In this document: positions 42,592-57,853 of the stretch, one piece after another
Position numbering within the stretch: position 1 is the first letter of the stretch
Layout: the number at the start of each line of letters is the position of its first letter
NCBI RefSeq assembly: GCF_009914755.1
Contig: NC_060934.1
DNA: 64,000 nt
From: the human T2T-CHM13v2.0 reference genome, Homo sapiens
Strand: one strand, 5' to 3'
Notes under the pieces: model-generated
Told to the model about the DNA's origin: nothing
What the model saw: the letters and a program-made list of their open reading frames with translations, nothing else
The model's database searches: none
Position numbers and translations under genes: made by a program

Positions 42592-44334
42592 CTAGGAAAA
42601 GCAAACACACGGTATACACACGCACACATACAAACCTCCAATAAACTTTGGGAAAAAAATTTATATACACAAACACTGATACACAAAATATATGGATTAT
42701 ATATGTATGTATATGTGTGTATATATATTAAAATATAGGTTTATTCACCAATCACTGAAAAACTACATCATAAACTACACCAAAGGAGTAGTTTTAGGAC
42801 AAATGGCAAAAAATAGTACCTTACAGAGTTGACAGTTTGGAATTGCAATACTTCAGATGATCACAAGCTTTAAAAATGCTCAATGTGCTCGTCTATGAAT
42901 TTCAAAATGGGTATAAATTAAAACTTATTACACTTTTTTTAAGTTGCATTCCCAGTACATGAAAAAACATTGTCCTAAGACTACCTCTTTGAAGCAATTT
43001 TCAAGGATTCGTGAATGAGTATCGTGAGCAATAAACTAAAGCTGCATAAGAGAGATATAGTGTATAAACTGTGCTAGCATATTATCTTTGGTTCCAATCG
43101 CCTCATAAGCATTGCTACACTGACTCAGGCCAATGGTGGTCTCAAAACAATGTTTTCATCTCCCTGAACCATTTATTCTTTTAGAACATAACTCATTGTT
43201 GGGTTTCAGGTGACTATTCTGACTGCCATTCCAAGGAAACAGGCCTTCTGAACAAGAAAAAAATCTGAAAACGGAATATTTCCTTTCAGAGATGTATGGA
43301 AACAAGCTCTGCCTTTTTACCCATGCCATAATGGGTCTTGCTGAGAGTTTGCTTCAAGAACCAGAACTCAGTAAATGTAAACATTCCCTTAAACAGATGC
43401 ACATATGTTCTTAATATAAAATCTTCCAGATGTAAGTTTCATGCAAGAAAGCAAAGTGACCTAGCAAGAATTGAGCTTTCCATATCTGGTGAAGCATTTT
43501 TCTTAGTGTGTGCCACAAGCAGTTATTCTGAGAAATCATGCATCTGCTCCTCTTCACATGGACATTCCACTTCTGATGAGACTACATTCTTGGAAAATGT
43601 AGGCAGGAGCTGAATTCAATCTTACAATGTGTGTGCGCTTATTCCTTCCATCTATCACTTACCCAAAATACCTGCAGGTGGTATCAGAAATGAGCTTTAA
43701 AGGGCCTGTGGCACTGATTACAAAAAAATGTTAAGTGGTATTTCATATGGTTGTGGAGTGGGCAGACTCCTGCTTAAGATTCATAATCCTCATCAGTAAC
43801 ACAAGTGTATCACACTCACAAGATAATATTGAAGTAATAGAAGAAATCGTCCAGAAATGCAAAAAATAGTTCACGTAAGATGCAAAATCTTATGACAAAA
43901 TGAAATCCTGAACTAATAAATAGCTCTGTACTGATATCAGGCCCTAAAGCCTATATTACTGAGAGATAAAACGTGGGGGACAGCAACTTAGAGATAGGGC
44001 TATTACATTAAATCTATGATTACATTAGCTAAAAAGAAAAAGCACAAGAGATGAAACAAAACATCCAAGAAACTCATCAAGATTTATGCTTCAAGCAATG
44101 TCCTAATATCTGAGAATATCAAGATATGAGGACACTAACAAAAGTATTATTATTCTACCGGATCATTTAAAAAATTCCTTTTGTTCTGAAATCAAATAAA
44201 AAGTAACAAGACTGGCCTGAGTAGCAGAATATACATTTCATACTTTATATTTGTGTATGTCTATATATATGTACCTTTACACATACACACAGATACACAT
44301 AAACAATCACATCTGTATTTCATATCTGTATTTC

Positions 44335-45905
<1,571 letters not shown>

Positions 45906-46202
45906 TAAGTATGTCCATCATTCTAAATTAATTATAAGAGTGAAGTTATGCCCTAAATTGTTCATTTTGTAAGATGTGCCTTGCAGTTTTGCACCTTGCA
46001 AAATGAGCATTAAAAATTAGGAACAGTATTTTGCTAATTTGTTCCTGTGATCTAGAATACATAATTTTATTCTATAGCAGGAGCTGTATATTCTCACATC
46101 GGAAGAAAGTAATATAATCTGCTTATATAGCACATGGTGTAGCCAATAAATAGCATTTTACATTTCGTCCCTTTTTTCCTTTCTCTCTCATACTTTCCTA
46201 CT

Positions 46203-46970
46203 ATTTTTAACAGCTTTATTGAGTTAAAATTGACATAAAATAAACATCCCACATTTCAAGTGAGTGTACAATTTGATAAATTTTTGGTAGGAGGTTATTG
46301 ATTGAATTTTTTATATTAATAACCAGTTGTTCCAGCACCATTTGTTGAAATGATTATCCTTTGCCCACTGAATTGCCTTTGAACTTTGGTTGAGTATCAG
46401 TTGTCTACATCCATGTAGATCTTTATGGACTCTAGTCATTTCTATTGATCTATTTTTCTGAGTTTCCTTTAACACTACACTATCTTGATAACCATAGTTT
46501 TATAATGAGTTTTGAAATCAGGCAGTCTTAGTCCCCAAATTTTGCCTTTTATCAAAGTTGTTTTGACTATTCTAGGTCCTTTGCATATAAGTTTCAGAAA
46601 CAGTTTTTCAATTACTAGCCAAATGAATGTTGGGATTTTGATCTGGACTCCATTAAATCTACAGATCAATTGAGGAGAAGAGAAGACCACTTTAACACTG
46701 TTACAGTTTCAACACTGTACAGTTTAACATCATAATCTGCATTTATTTAGGTCTTCCTTAATTTCTCTTGGCACTGTTTTATACATTTTGTGTACAAGTC
46801 TTGTTAATTTTTTATAGACATATTTCATATTATTGATATTATTGTAAAAGGTTTTACTATTTCAACTAATTTCAATTACTCTTAATGATACATGTAAATA
46901 CTACTGATGTTTGTATACGGATCTTATATCCTGAAACCTTGCAAAGCTAAGTTTTGAGTTCTAGTAAGTA
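46203..46970 (-). mobile_element. Old L1M fragments (left of Tigger4)
   Basis: 'aacagctttattgag...' 3' end; 'ccagttgttccagcaccatttgttgaa', 'gactattctaggtcctttgcat', 'tcttatatcctgaaaccttgc'. Confidence 0.8.
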
Positions 46971-47688
46971 GTAGAGGTTGAATAACCCTATCCAATACAC
47001 TTGGAATCAGAAGTGTTTCTGATTTTGTTTTTTAATTTTGGAATGTTTGCATATACATAATGAGATATCTTGGAGATGGGACCCACGTCTAAATACAAAA
47101 TTCATTTATGTTTTATATGCACCTTATACCCATAGACTGAAGGCAACATTATATAATATTTTAATAATTTTGTTAATGAAAAAATTGTATATTTTAAATC
47201 ATCAGAAGGCAAGTGTCAACATCTCGGCCACCCATATGAGCCATCTGTGGTTGTTTGGCATCACAATCATTCTTGATTTTGAACTTATAAGCTACTGATA
47301 AGCAACAATTTTCTTAACTTATTTACCCATAAGTACTTATCTGTAAAAAATATGGCATGCCATTTACACAGTAAAAAAAAAACAAATGTGTCCAGGGTAA
47401 CTAAGCAGCACAGCAGCATCACCAGAATTCCCGTAACAGCTGTTGAACATCAGCAACAACCAACAATGGCAGGCTTTCAGTCTCCACCTATGATGCTGTG
47501 TTTTGATTAATAGGTTACTGTGTGCTGATTTTTTTTTAGGTGAGAGAAAAAAAAAATCAAAACAGTTGAAGGACCAGGAAGTGAGTCCTCTAGGGATGAA
47601 GAGGCATTTTGTGGATGGCTTTTAAAAATGTTTCCTTCAGAGTCATCTTGCCTCATTAACAATGGTTTTTGTCTTAGAAGTCTCCCTT

Positions 47689-47962
47689 TGGGATTACAGG
47701 CATGAGCATGGGTGGATCACCTGAGGTCAGGAGTTCGAGACTAGCCTGACCAACATGGTGAAACCCCATCTCTACTAAAAATACAAAAAATTAGCCGGGC
47801 ATGGTGGTGGGTGCCTGTAATCCCAGCTACTCAGGAGGCTGAGGCAGGAGAATCACTTGAACTTGGAAGGTGGTGGTTGCAGTGAGCCGAGATCATGCCA
47901 CCGGCACTCTAGCCTGGGCAACAAGAGTGAAACTCCACCTCAAAAAAAAAAAAAAAAAAAAA
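47689..47962 (+). mobile_element. AluSq-like SINE with a short inverted 5' segment (47689-47707)
   Basis: Antisense 'tgggattacaggcatgagc' then sense body from 'tgggtggatcacctgagg'; TSD gtctc(c/t)ctttgg at 47680-47691 and 48023-48034. Confidence 0.92.
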
Positions 47963-47966
47963 GAAT

Positions 47967-47967
<1 letters not shown>

Positions 47968-47999
<32 letters not shown>

Positions 48000-48023
48000 C
48001 CATCGTCGTCGTCGTTGTCGTCG
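47968..48023 (+). repeat. Compound (AGT)10 + (TCG)7 microsatellite
   Basis: Read directly; one TCG unit decayed to TTG. Confidence 0.96.
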
Positions 48024-49640
48024 TCTCTCTTTGGCTTTATAAACTGACATGATTTCTTGTGCTGTTATAAATGTACAGTGCTGTAGTCCTTCAATAAGCC
48101 CGTCACACATTTTTACCTTATCCATAGGAACTTTTTCTTCAGTGTTAACAATGTCATTTTAATCATCACTATTATCACAATCAACTTGATTCAAAACCAT
48201 CTGGACTATTTCCCCATTGGTCAATGAAGAATTGGAATCTCATTATTGATGTTAAAAATAATCAAGTTCTTTGATATTTACTTCTGCTAGCCTAGGGAAA
48301 GACTCTGAAATTATATTTTTTGTGTATGTAAGGAGGTCAGACACCATCTTTTTTTCTCAGTTGGCCCACAGAATTCTTCAAAGTCACTACCTTGTTCATC
48401 AAGATCACTTAATATAGTCACAGGCAAGAGGTTGTGCCAGGAGTGTACTACTGTGTCTTTAGTCACTGCGTTCCAAGTGTTAGCAATGGCATAAACAGCA
48501 CCCTTCATGCTAAACTCCTTCTAGAAACCTTCCACACCCACACCTCTCTTCACTGGTGCTGGCATGATGTTCAAGAAAGTGTTTTTATATTTACTCTTCA
48601 TCAATCTAAGGATACCTTGGTCACATGACTGAATTAATGAAGTCACATTTGGGGAAAAGTATATGGCATAAGCATTATTTTTGATGAAAATTTCAGCTGA
48701 AGGATGAGCAGAAATGTTGTCAAGGAATAACAAAAATCTAACAGTTGTCATCCAATCCAGCTTCCTTGCAGTAACCTTGAGCCTCTGGTATAAATGTTTG
48801 TGAAACCAATCAGAAAATATGTCCGTGGTGATCCATACCTTTTTGTTAACATAATAGTGGACTGCTGAGAAATTCACTCCTTGAAAACAGTGAGGATGCA
48901 AGCTTTTGCTTTTCAGAACAAGTTTATACTTTTGTATGCCTGCTGCATTAGCACATGCCAGCACAGTTATTGTCCTTGGAATCCTTAATTTTTGTAGGGG
49001 CTACCTCATTAGCTTTTGTCAGTGTCTTTCTGGGGCAACAGTACCAAAACAGTGATGTTTCATTAGCATTATAGACTAGTTCTGGCATCAGATTTTCATC
49101 AGCAATGACTCTGGCAAATTTGTCAATGAATTTTTCCACTACTACATGACCAGAAGATGCTTTATCACTACAAATCTTTAAAAATGTAATATCATAGTTT
49201 TTCTTAATTTTCTGCAGCCAGCCTGTTGAGTACTCATGGTTCCCTTCAATATTCATTTCCTCATTATAGATCTTTGCTTGTCTCCCGATTCGTATTCCAT
49301 TAAGTGACAAGTGTTCACTGCAATGGTAATGGATCCACTATTTAAATACACAATCAATATTTTTATTGTTAGCTGTATACGGTGTTTTTCTATTTTTCAT
49401 TGACTTCTATTCATCACTTTCAGTATAAAACTTCAACAGTTTATCCTTCTGTTTCTTCAGGTCATATATGGTAGTCAACACTATACTCTTCCATAGAACA
49501 TTTCAACTTCCGCCACTGTCCAGTTTCTTCTTCTTCAACAGTTTGACTTTCTGTGCTGTAGAGAAACATAAATGCTTCTTTTTCTTATCACTGTTACCCA
49601 ATACTGATATCACAGAGGGAACTGCAGGAGTTTTTAATAT
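48000..49640 (-). pseudogene. Decayed pogo/Tigger (CENP-B/Jerky family) DDE transposase
   Basis: Frameshifted pieces: STGWLQKIKK (HTH), VYNANETSLFW (first catalytic D reads N), FLLFLDNISAHP, FSPNVTSLIQSCDQGI; 3' limit approximate. Confidence 0.88.
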
Positions 49641-50025
49641 TTTTAATAATCTTTACACCATAGAGCAGATAATAAGAAAATAAAAACACAGTAATGCATG
49701 TAGGTCTTGGCCCCATGTGACACATTATTGGAAACCTGCCATTGGTGTGTTTGGCCTGCATACATGCCATTTTATTACCCTTTATGAGTGTGCCTGCATA
49801 GTGGGGGTGGAGGAATCTGGGTACTTAAGAAAGATATATTTCATAGCTGAAGGGGTCTGGGAGGGTCTTCTTCCCCTTAGGGATGCTGAATAAACTGTGT
49901 GCTCAGAGCCTGTTTTTTGACTACACCAGTCACATGAAGTCATGTATAGAATTTTCCACTTGTGGTATTATGTAGGTGTTCCAAAAAGCATCTTGGATTT
50001 TCACATTAGCAATGCTCAACCTGTA

Positions 50026-50900
50026 CTAGTAGATTCCATCATATTTTCTACATAAATGATCTCATGTCATCTGTAAAGCTTTACTTCTTCCTTTCCAATC
50101 TGGATGTCATTTGTTCATTCATTCATTCATTCATTTATTGCTTTCCTTAGTGCACTGGCTATAGCATCTGGTATAATGCTGAACAGAAGTGGTAAGAGTG
50201 AATATCCTTGTCTTATTCTTGATCTTAAAGTATCCAGTCTTTCTGCTCTAATGATGTTTGCATTTTATAGACCCCTCTTATCAAGTTGAAGAAGTTTCTT
50301 TCCATTCCCAGTTTTTACTTTAGTTGAATTTGGTCATATTTTTGTCTGTTGGGATAATCATATGGTTTTCTTTTTTAATTTGTTACTATGGTAACCTTAC
50401 ATTGATTTGTTTTAATGTTAACTAACCTAGTATTCTTAGGATAAATCGTATTTCATTAGGATATGTTAAGCTTTTAGATACATTGAATTAGATTTGCCCA
50501 CATCTTAAAAATAAATTTTTGTATCTATATTCATATCGATCCATATATTTACTAATTTTTTATAATGTCTTTGGTTTTAGCATCAGGATAGTGTTAGCCT
50601 CAGAGAACGAGTTGGGAAGTAGTTTCTCTGCTCAATTTTTTGAAAAATAATTGTATATACTTGGTAATAGGTACTATTTCTTACTTAAATGTTTGGTAGA
50701 ATTCATCAGTGAAGCCATCTGGGCTTCAAATTTTCTTTGTGGGAAGATATAAATGTTAGCTGGATTAAATTGATAATGATGCCGTTTAAGTCATCTACAT
50801 CCTTAACTAATATTTTGGTTTGAATGTTCTATCAATTATTGAGATTGAGGTGTTGACATCTCTAAATATAATTGTGTGTTTGTTTAATACTCCATCTTTT
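50026..50900 (-). mobile_element. Old L1M ORF2 fragments (continuation right of Tigger4)
   Basis: 'tttacttcttcctttccaatctggatg...tgctgaacagaagtggtaagagtgaatatccttgtcttattcttgatctt...gtttggtagaattcatcagtgaagccatctggg'. Confidence 0.8.
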
Positions 50901-53434
50901 TTTGGAAGCATAATATCCCTTCCTTAACAAATTATCTTCTTTTATTCTATTTGCACTTTTACTTTTTATTATGTTCTTTTTTGATCCTTTTAAGAATACT
51001 GGTTGTACTAAATGCTACCCATGGTTACACTGATTTTTGTCTTAGGCTTTATTCATTTCTAGCCCAACTATATCTTCCTACCTCTTGTTTGAAACAGAAA
51101 TATTCATTTTTCTCCATAAAGCAGGCATCCCTTCTAATCCTAAGCAACACAATTCTCCTAGACACAAGTATTTTCAAGCCAGTCATCTTTGACATCACTT
51201 TATAGAAAATACATCTTCTCAGTTAAATCTTTACTCAAGTAGTGTATTATCCTCCCTCTGCTATCAGTCCCTGACTGTACTTCATGTTATGACATTTTAA
51301 ATTATTGTGGTAAACCTCTTCAGCCTCTAGAACAGTATTTCATACATCATCAGTGTGCAGTAGAAACAAGAACATCCCCAGGTTTACTACTGCCTACAAA
51401 AAACAATGGAAATTCTTCAGTCTATCCAAATAAACCAGTTGTCCTCCCTTGGCATCACTCTGTCTCCTTCCATCCTTCATCCATTCATTCTTCCTTTTCT
51501 TCTTTCCTTCCATTCAACAAATATTTATACTCGCTCTTAAATGCAGCTTTCATTCAATTAATCTACTCATTGTTGTCAAAAGATAGCTTATCTTTTTTTT
51601 TTTTTAATTGGACCATATGGCCCCACTACTCTTCCTATGCAAGTCTTGCAAGGCCCACTTTTAGCCCATCTTCTGAATGAACATTTTCTGTCTCCAAAGA
51701 CAGCAATTTCTCTCATTTCTGAGCATATTATTGACTGTGTACATAAACACACCAAACAGCAGTGGATTAAAAAAACACACAGAAGCCATTACTGCCTCAA
51801 TCAGTTAAATAAGAATGGTTAAAAATAATCTGTTGTTTAAACTGATGGAAACAGGAAGGAGAATGTCAGCTTGCTTTTTAGGCTATTGTCTTCCTGATAA
51901 CACTGGTAGAAAGATAATCCTTTACCCTAAAAATTAATACTGAATTATGAGGAATAAATGCATACATAGTTCTTCCTGCCATGCAGTCCATATGAAAAGG
52001 GGGAGGGGGTCACAACAGCTTAAATAAAAGAGAAGTTTCAGTTTGTCTGTAAATGTCTACACCATAAGGAAAAAAATATTTGAAGCCACAGTAATGAGAG
52101 AGTGTTTCGGTAGAATAAAGTGTGAAATTTGTAGGAAGGAGAACCAAGACTGAAAATACAAAAACATTATTAGGAAAGAGACATTGCAAAACACTATAAT
52201 GTGTACAGTTAACAGAATTAGCAGAGAATATAAGAGACACACAAGAAGATTATGAAAGATATCAATACTAGAAAGACAGAAGAGAATGTTTAAAATAGTA
52301 AGAATACTAATGTGTCCAATTTAAGCATTTAATGATGTTTAAATAAAAAATAAGCCACCCTTTAAAAATTCCTTCTTTATTTTAGAGTTCCAAGATAAAA
52401 ATATTGGGAAGGTATTTTTCAATCAGTAAAACAAACTTCAGTTAGAAAAATTTACTATTAGATAATCTTATTAATATCTATAAAAGCTGCATTCATATTG
52501 ATTTAGCCTACACCCACTTTGTGCACAATGTATAGAGAAAGAACAGCTTATAAAATTAATATCTAGGCAACGATGGCCACAGTGCATTTTAGGTATGGCC
52601 ACTTTTACAGTCTTTTGTAATAATTACATTTTAATTTTTTTTTTGTCTTAGCAACTGGATCGTAAAATCTTTGAGGGCAGGGCTCCCTCTTACACTCTGT
52701 GTATCATATATAGTATCTAGCAAGGTAGAAATTAAATAAGATTTCCTGAATTATTCCCTGGCTGCTCATCTTAATTGTAGGAATCCATAAATGTCTTTCC
52801 TATTGATTCTAACATGTTGGGAGTGCCAAGTATCCTTAAGATTACATCCTTGGACTAGAGATTTAATAGAAACACTTCATTTAATATTAATAGAAAAGAA
52901 ACTAACTCAGAGTACCAATTTCTTGGGTGGAAATACATGGATAATAAGTGACAAGGTGGTAGAAAAGCAAGCTACCTATTTCAAAACCATATTTCATGTG
53001 TCAGCTGGTGTTAACTAACCAGGCAACTACTATGGATGTAAACAATAACTACAGACAACACTTTCCAAGTCTTCATATCGTATCTCCTTAGAAAAAAGCT
53101 ATTATCAAGCAGTTTTGAAATCCACTTAAACCTTTTCAAAATGTATTATAGATTTACTTAGGACAAAGTGTTCTGGTGCATTCAGTCATAATTGGTAGGA
53201 AATATCAATCAATTGTTTCATTTGTCATAATGTTAAAGTCACTCAATCTAGGGTCTTAGCTGATTTCTCTTTTCTGAAGAACTATAAAACGTACAAATAA
53301 ACTTTATAGAAATGGGAAAATCCCAAGCATGTATTAAAAATAATTCTTGCCACTAACTATAAAACACATCAACTCTGGCAAGAGCCTTTCCTGGGGAGCA
53401 TAGTGTACAAGGTCTAGATGTGACTATCATACAG

Positions 53435-53866
53435 AGCTTTTTTGGCTTGCCAATGCTGCCAAAAAAAAAAAAACACCACTGACTGGATGTAGCTTAAACA
53501 ACATAAATTTATTTTCTCCTAGTTCTAGCGGCTAAAAGTCCAAAATCAAGGTGTTGGCAGGTCTAGTTTCTTCTGAGACCTCTTGTCTTTGCTTGCGGGT
53601 GGCGGCCTTCTTGCTCTGTCTTCGCATGGCCTTTCCTCTGAACTAACACACATTCCTGGAATTTCTGTGTGCCCAAATATTCTCTTCTTACAAGGACACT
53701 AGTCATGTTAGGTAAAGTCCCATCCTAGAAGTCTCATTTTGTCTCAATTACCCCTTGTAGGACCCTATCTCCAAATGCACTCTCATTCCAAGGAAGGTGC
53801 TAGGAGTTAGGGCTTCAACATATGAATGAGGAGGAGGAAGGAAGAGATACAATTCAGCCCATAACA
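53435..53866 (-). mobile_element. MLT1B-like MaLR solo LTR
   Basis: 'gcttaaacaacataaatttatttt...aagtccaaaatcaaggtgttggcagg...gaccctatctccaaat...acaattcagcccataaca'. Confidence 0.88.
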
Positions 53867-55284
53867 AGAGGCCAGAGAGCTGTCATGAAATTTCAGGAAA
53901 GATATAGCTCTCTCAAATAATATTTTTACTGAGTATCACTGAATTTAGAGCCAAAAGAGACCTCAAAGTTGATCATGTCTCACCACCTAGGCAATGCTGA
54001 AATCCCTCGTAAGGTTGTAAGGTTTCACTGACTAGTCTCAGCCTCTGCTTCCTTATCCAGGGAATTCACCACTACCATGGAAATAGATGCCATTTATAGA
54101 GAGTTAATCATTGTGTGGTGGGATAATAATTTTGAAATATCAACCGTTTTTTCTTTTCCATTTTTCTATCTTGTATTTTCTCTTTTCATCAACTCCAGTG
54201 AGCTTTTATTCTATACTTATCACCTCACCAAGTGATATACACTAGAAGCTTTTAGTGTGAAAACGTCTAGGCCCCGTAAAGACCAGGAAGGATCTGGCAT
54301 TTGCACTCTCCAAGGCCTGAATTCCTCTAGACCAAATTCATAAACACAGCAGCAGAACCTTATACACAACCTTATATAAACTTGAGAAAACCTAAAATAT
54401 AGGGAAATAAGATTTCAGGGTAGAATGGCTTGCTCTGTGTCTGTTTCAGGGCTCTGTGTCTCCTTAGATGGACCTAAAACAGTCCACGGAATTTCCTGTG
54501 CTTGGATGTGGCACAGGAAAATGAATCCCATCTTCCAAAAGGGGCCTTGACATAGCTGAGATAGGACTTGTAGATAGGAACAAGTATTGATTCAGTAGCA
54601 ACTTGCATGGGTGAATGACTAGAAAGGATAATGAGTCTCAGCAAATGTCAGATGAAATGGAAGCATAAAGGTCGTCATCCCTTGGCAATATGGAAAGCCC
54701 CATAAATTAGAGAGCTGCCAAATGGCTAAGGTTTAGTTTTTGCCATTCTGTCTCAAAACAGAAATTATTTCGAGAAAAAACCTCTATTTTTTGAATACTT
54801 GGGTTTATGACTACCATTAAACAAAAATATTTATTCCTTATTACTTCTTCACTCACTTATATTGATTACAAAAGTATGAATTATATTAAAAGTTGGTGTT
54901 GTTTATTACAAACAAGAATTGAAATGAGATCAACTAGTATATTTGTTCTTATACGTAGGTGACACACGGTCATTTCAATGCCCACTCTTTAAGACCCCTT
55001 GGGCTTGTAAAACATGAAGTACATATTAAGAGGTGTGAATATGTACAATACCAACAAACATGGCTGATTATGAGCCTCCCAAACATTCTTTAACCAAATC
55101 AGAACCCTAATGTGTAAATTTCGCTGTTGTAGTAAGAAATATACAATTATGATATTTGAAATGCTATTAGAAATTAAGAAAGAAACTAATAACACTATAC
55201 GTTGCTTTTGACCCTAATAAAATACTCATAAAAATAAATTGGATGTGTCAATGTGTCCATCCTTTGAGATCAAGGCCAATTGTA

Positions 55285-55450
55285 GCGACATAGAATGTTG
55301 AAACTGAAAGGGTTCTTAGAAGCCATCTGGCAAACACTCTCATAAACAGATGTGAGAATTGAGATCCAGAAACATGAAAAGATGTGTTTAGGGCAACAGC
55401 AGTCACTGGCAAATCCAGTGTGGAAGATGGTGTCTTCACACATTCCACTT
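55285..55450 (-). mobile_element. MIR3-like fragment
   Basis: 'catagaatgttgaaactgaaagggttcttagaagccatct...acagatgtgagaattgagatccaga'. Confidence 0.65.
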
Positions 55451-56754
55451 CTTTTTCTGCAGGCATCTCAAGGTCACAGCAGAATCATTTCTTCAAGGTT
55501 TCCTTACTCTTCTATAAGGGCAATCACATGGTTGATGCTTATTTAAAATATTTAAAACTATTTATAATCATGAATGAAATTTAAAAGAGTCAAGACACTA
55601 GCTAACCCAAAAGTTGGGCTTTTCCCTTTTGAGAAAATATTTTTCTAACTGATAGAACATTTGGTTTCTCAACTTTTATCTATCATTAATGATATGCTCC
55701 ACTGCTAGAATGATGGAATGGCCTAGATTGTTTAGAGTACACGAAATTATCTTTAATGAAGATAATTTCATTATCTTTGTGATAATGAAGAATTAGCCTA
55801 TCTTTGTGATAATGAAGAAATAAAGATTTCTTCACAATGATAAGCTTAGTTGAATTTAGAAAAATTAATATGTGGCTCCTAAAGCATTCATAATTATATA
55901 TAAATCTCTTTAATAATTTTTTTCCTAAAGTTATCTCTGTGATAATATATATTCTAGACATATATTCAAATATATTTAAGATATATTAAAAGTAGTAATT
56001 TTAAATACAGTTTGAGGAAAGAATTAAACTCTGAGATATTTATAATTCAACATTGAAACAAATCTTAAAACTTTGTCATGCGCTTGTTACAATTACAGTT
56101 TTGTAATTCTGTTTGCATCAGGTATGTTGCAAATAATACCACCTCTTTATTCATTTAGCACTTTCTATCTATAAAACATCTTTTAAATATACTACTAATT
56201 TCATCCATGCCTTGCTGTAGAATCTTTAAAAATGTGTTAGCAGTTTATGCAGTTTTTTCTTCTAGTTATAGATCAAAAGATTCAGAGTTAGCCACCTGAG
56301 GTAGGCAGTGTGGAAACCTACTCTCAAATACATTTTTGGTGAGTGAACATAATCCTATTTTCTACCAATTGACACAAATCTCAAACTGATTTGTTAGAAC
56401 ATGTATTCTGCAATAGTCAAGCAATACAGGACCTGGAATACACAATTAGTCTCTTCAAGAAACTTTTTCAGCCTTTCACCGTGAACAAGAAACAAAAAAA
56501 AAAAAAAAAAAGTAAGAAACTTCAGCAAGATAAAGAACATAAACTCATCATGACCTTTAGCTTCAGAAATTTCAGAAATTTTAATTGAAACATTAAAAAA
56601 CAGCTATATATCATGAAATATATGAATTTAAGTACTTGAACTCTCTAATAATGTATCTTCCTAGGTGTCCCTCATTCATATGTCCCATTATTCAGTCTGC
56701 TTTTGTCTTCCTTGTGCTTCTCTGTGTTGCTTCTTTACCCATTCAACAACATAA

Positions 56755-57104
<350 letters not shown>

Positions 57105-57796
57105 CTTACTTTCAAAAGTTCTTACCTTTCTTGTGTTTTTACTATTTAGAATATTTGGCTGAAGTTTTTACTCTTTCTTTTTGCCTTCCCCAAGCCTAGG
57201 CCCCAGCCATCTTTTCTGACTGCTCCCATTTTTGCTAGGCAAAACCTAGCAAGAACCTCCTTTACACCAAAAACAAATTTTCCTAATGCTCTCTTGTCAA
57301 GGTCCAACAGTGGTAGAGCTGAAACAGAGCCAATGGAGTTGTTTATATCATCCAGCTTCGTATTTATTAGCCACATATGTGCTGCAAATCTTAGAAAGGG
57401 AAGGATGGTGCTAAGTTCTCTGCAGATGCTCAAATGCTAAATAATAAACATGTGATACAAGCTGAGATTCACAATAAAGACAGGGAATATCCAAAAATAT
57501 GTACTTCAAAATTATATCAGTTATTTCCCCTAGGCAGTTTAGAATACAGGATTTTAAAATTCTTGATGAGTAAAGAGGGAGGAATTAAATGATAGGCAAA
57601 CATGTAGCCTGCATATTGAGTAAGAATTTATTGTCCCAAAGAGCTGTTATCCCAAATCAGCTGGTTCTGATATTTCGATATTATTCAAGAAGGTAGTTAG
57701 TCACCATTTTAGGAATGGTTTAACTTTAGCTGAAACTGATTAGCAGTTTTTTCTGAATATAAAATATGGAGAAGTTATTAATAAATGTCAAATCAG

Positions 57797-57853
57797 TCTC
57801 TCTCTTAATCGCTCTCACTCTCTCTCCCTCTCTCTCTCTCTCTCACACACACA
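57797..57853 (+). repeat. (CT)n(CA)n compound microsatellite
   Basis: Read directly. Confidence 0.85.

Larger units (their letters stand above)
46974..50023 (-). mobile_element. Tigger4/Zombi-type pogo DNA transposon, apparently full length (~2.7 kb without the nested Alu)
   Basis: TA-flanked inverted termini ta|gaggttgaata... and ...atgctcaacctg|ta; transposase remnants on the minus strand. Confidence 0.88.

Noticed and set aside
43663-43713. Further minus-strand exon candidate (ttttgtaatcag|...TGG|gtaagt)
   Set aside because: Competing AG nearby and weaker signals than the three reported; kept only as a possibility
47940-48125. ORFs with poly-S, poly-R and poly-L runs
   Set aside because: Artefacts of the (AGT)n(TCG)n microsatellite and Alu tail
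48311-49640. Domesticated TIGD/JRK-like gene
   Set aside because: Multiple frameshifts, catalytic Asp altered, termini still present: an ordinary fossil
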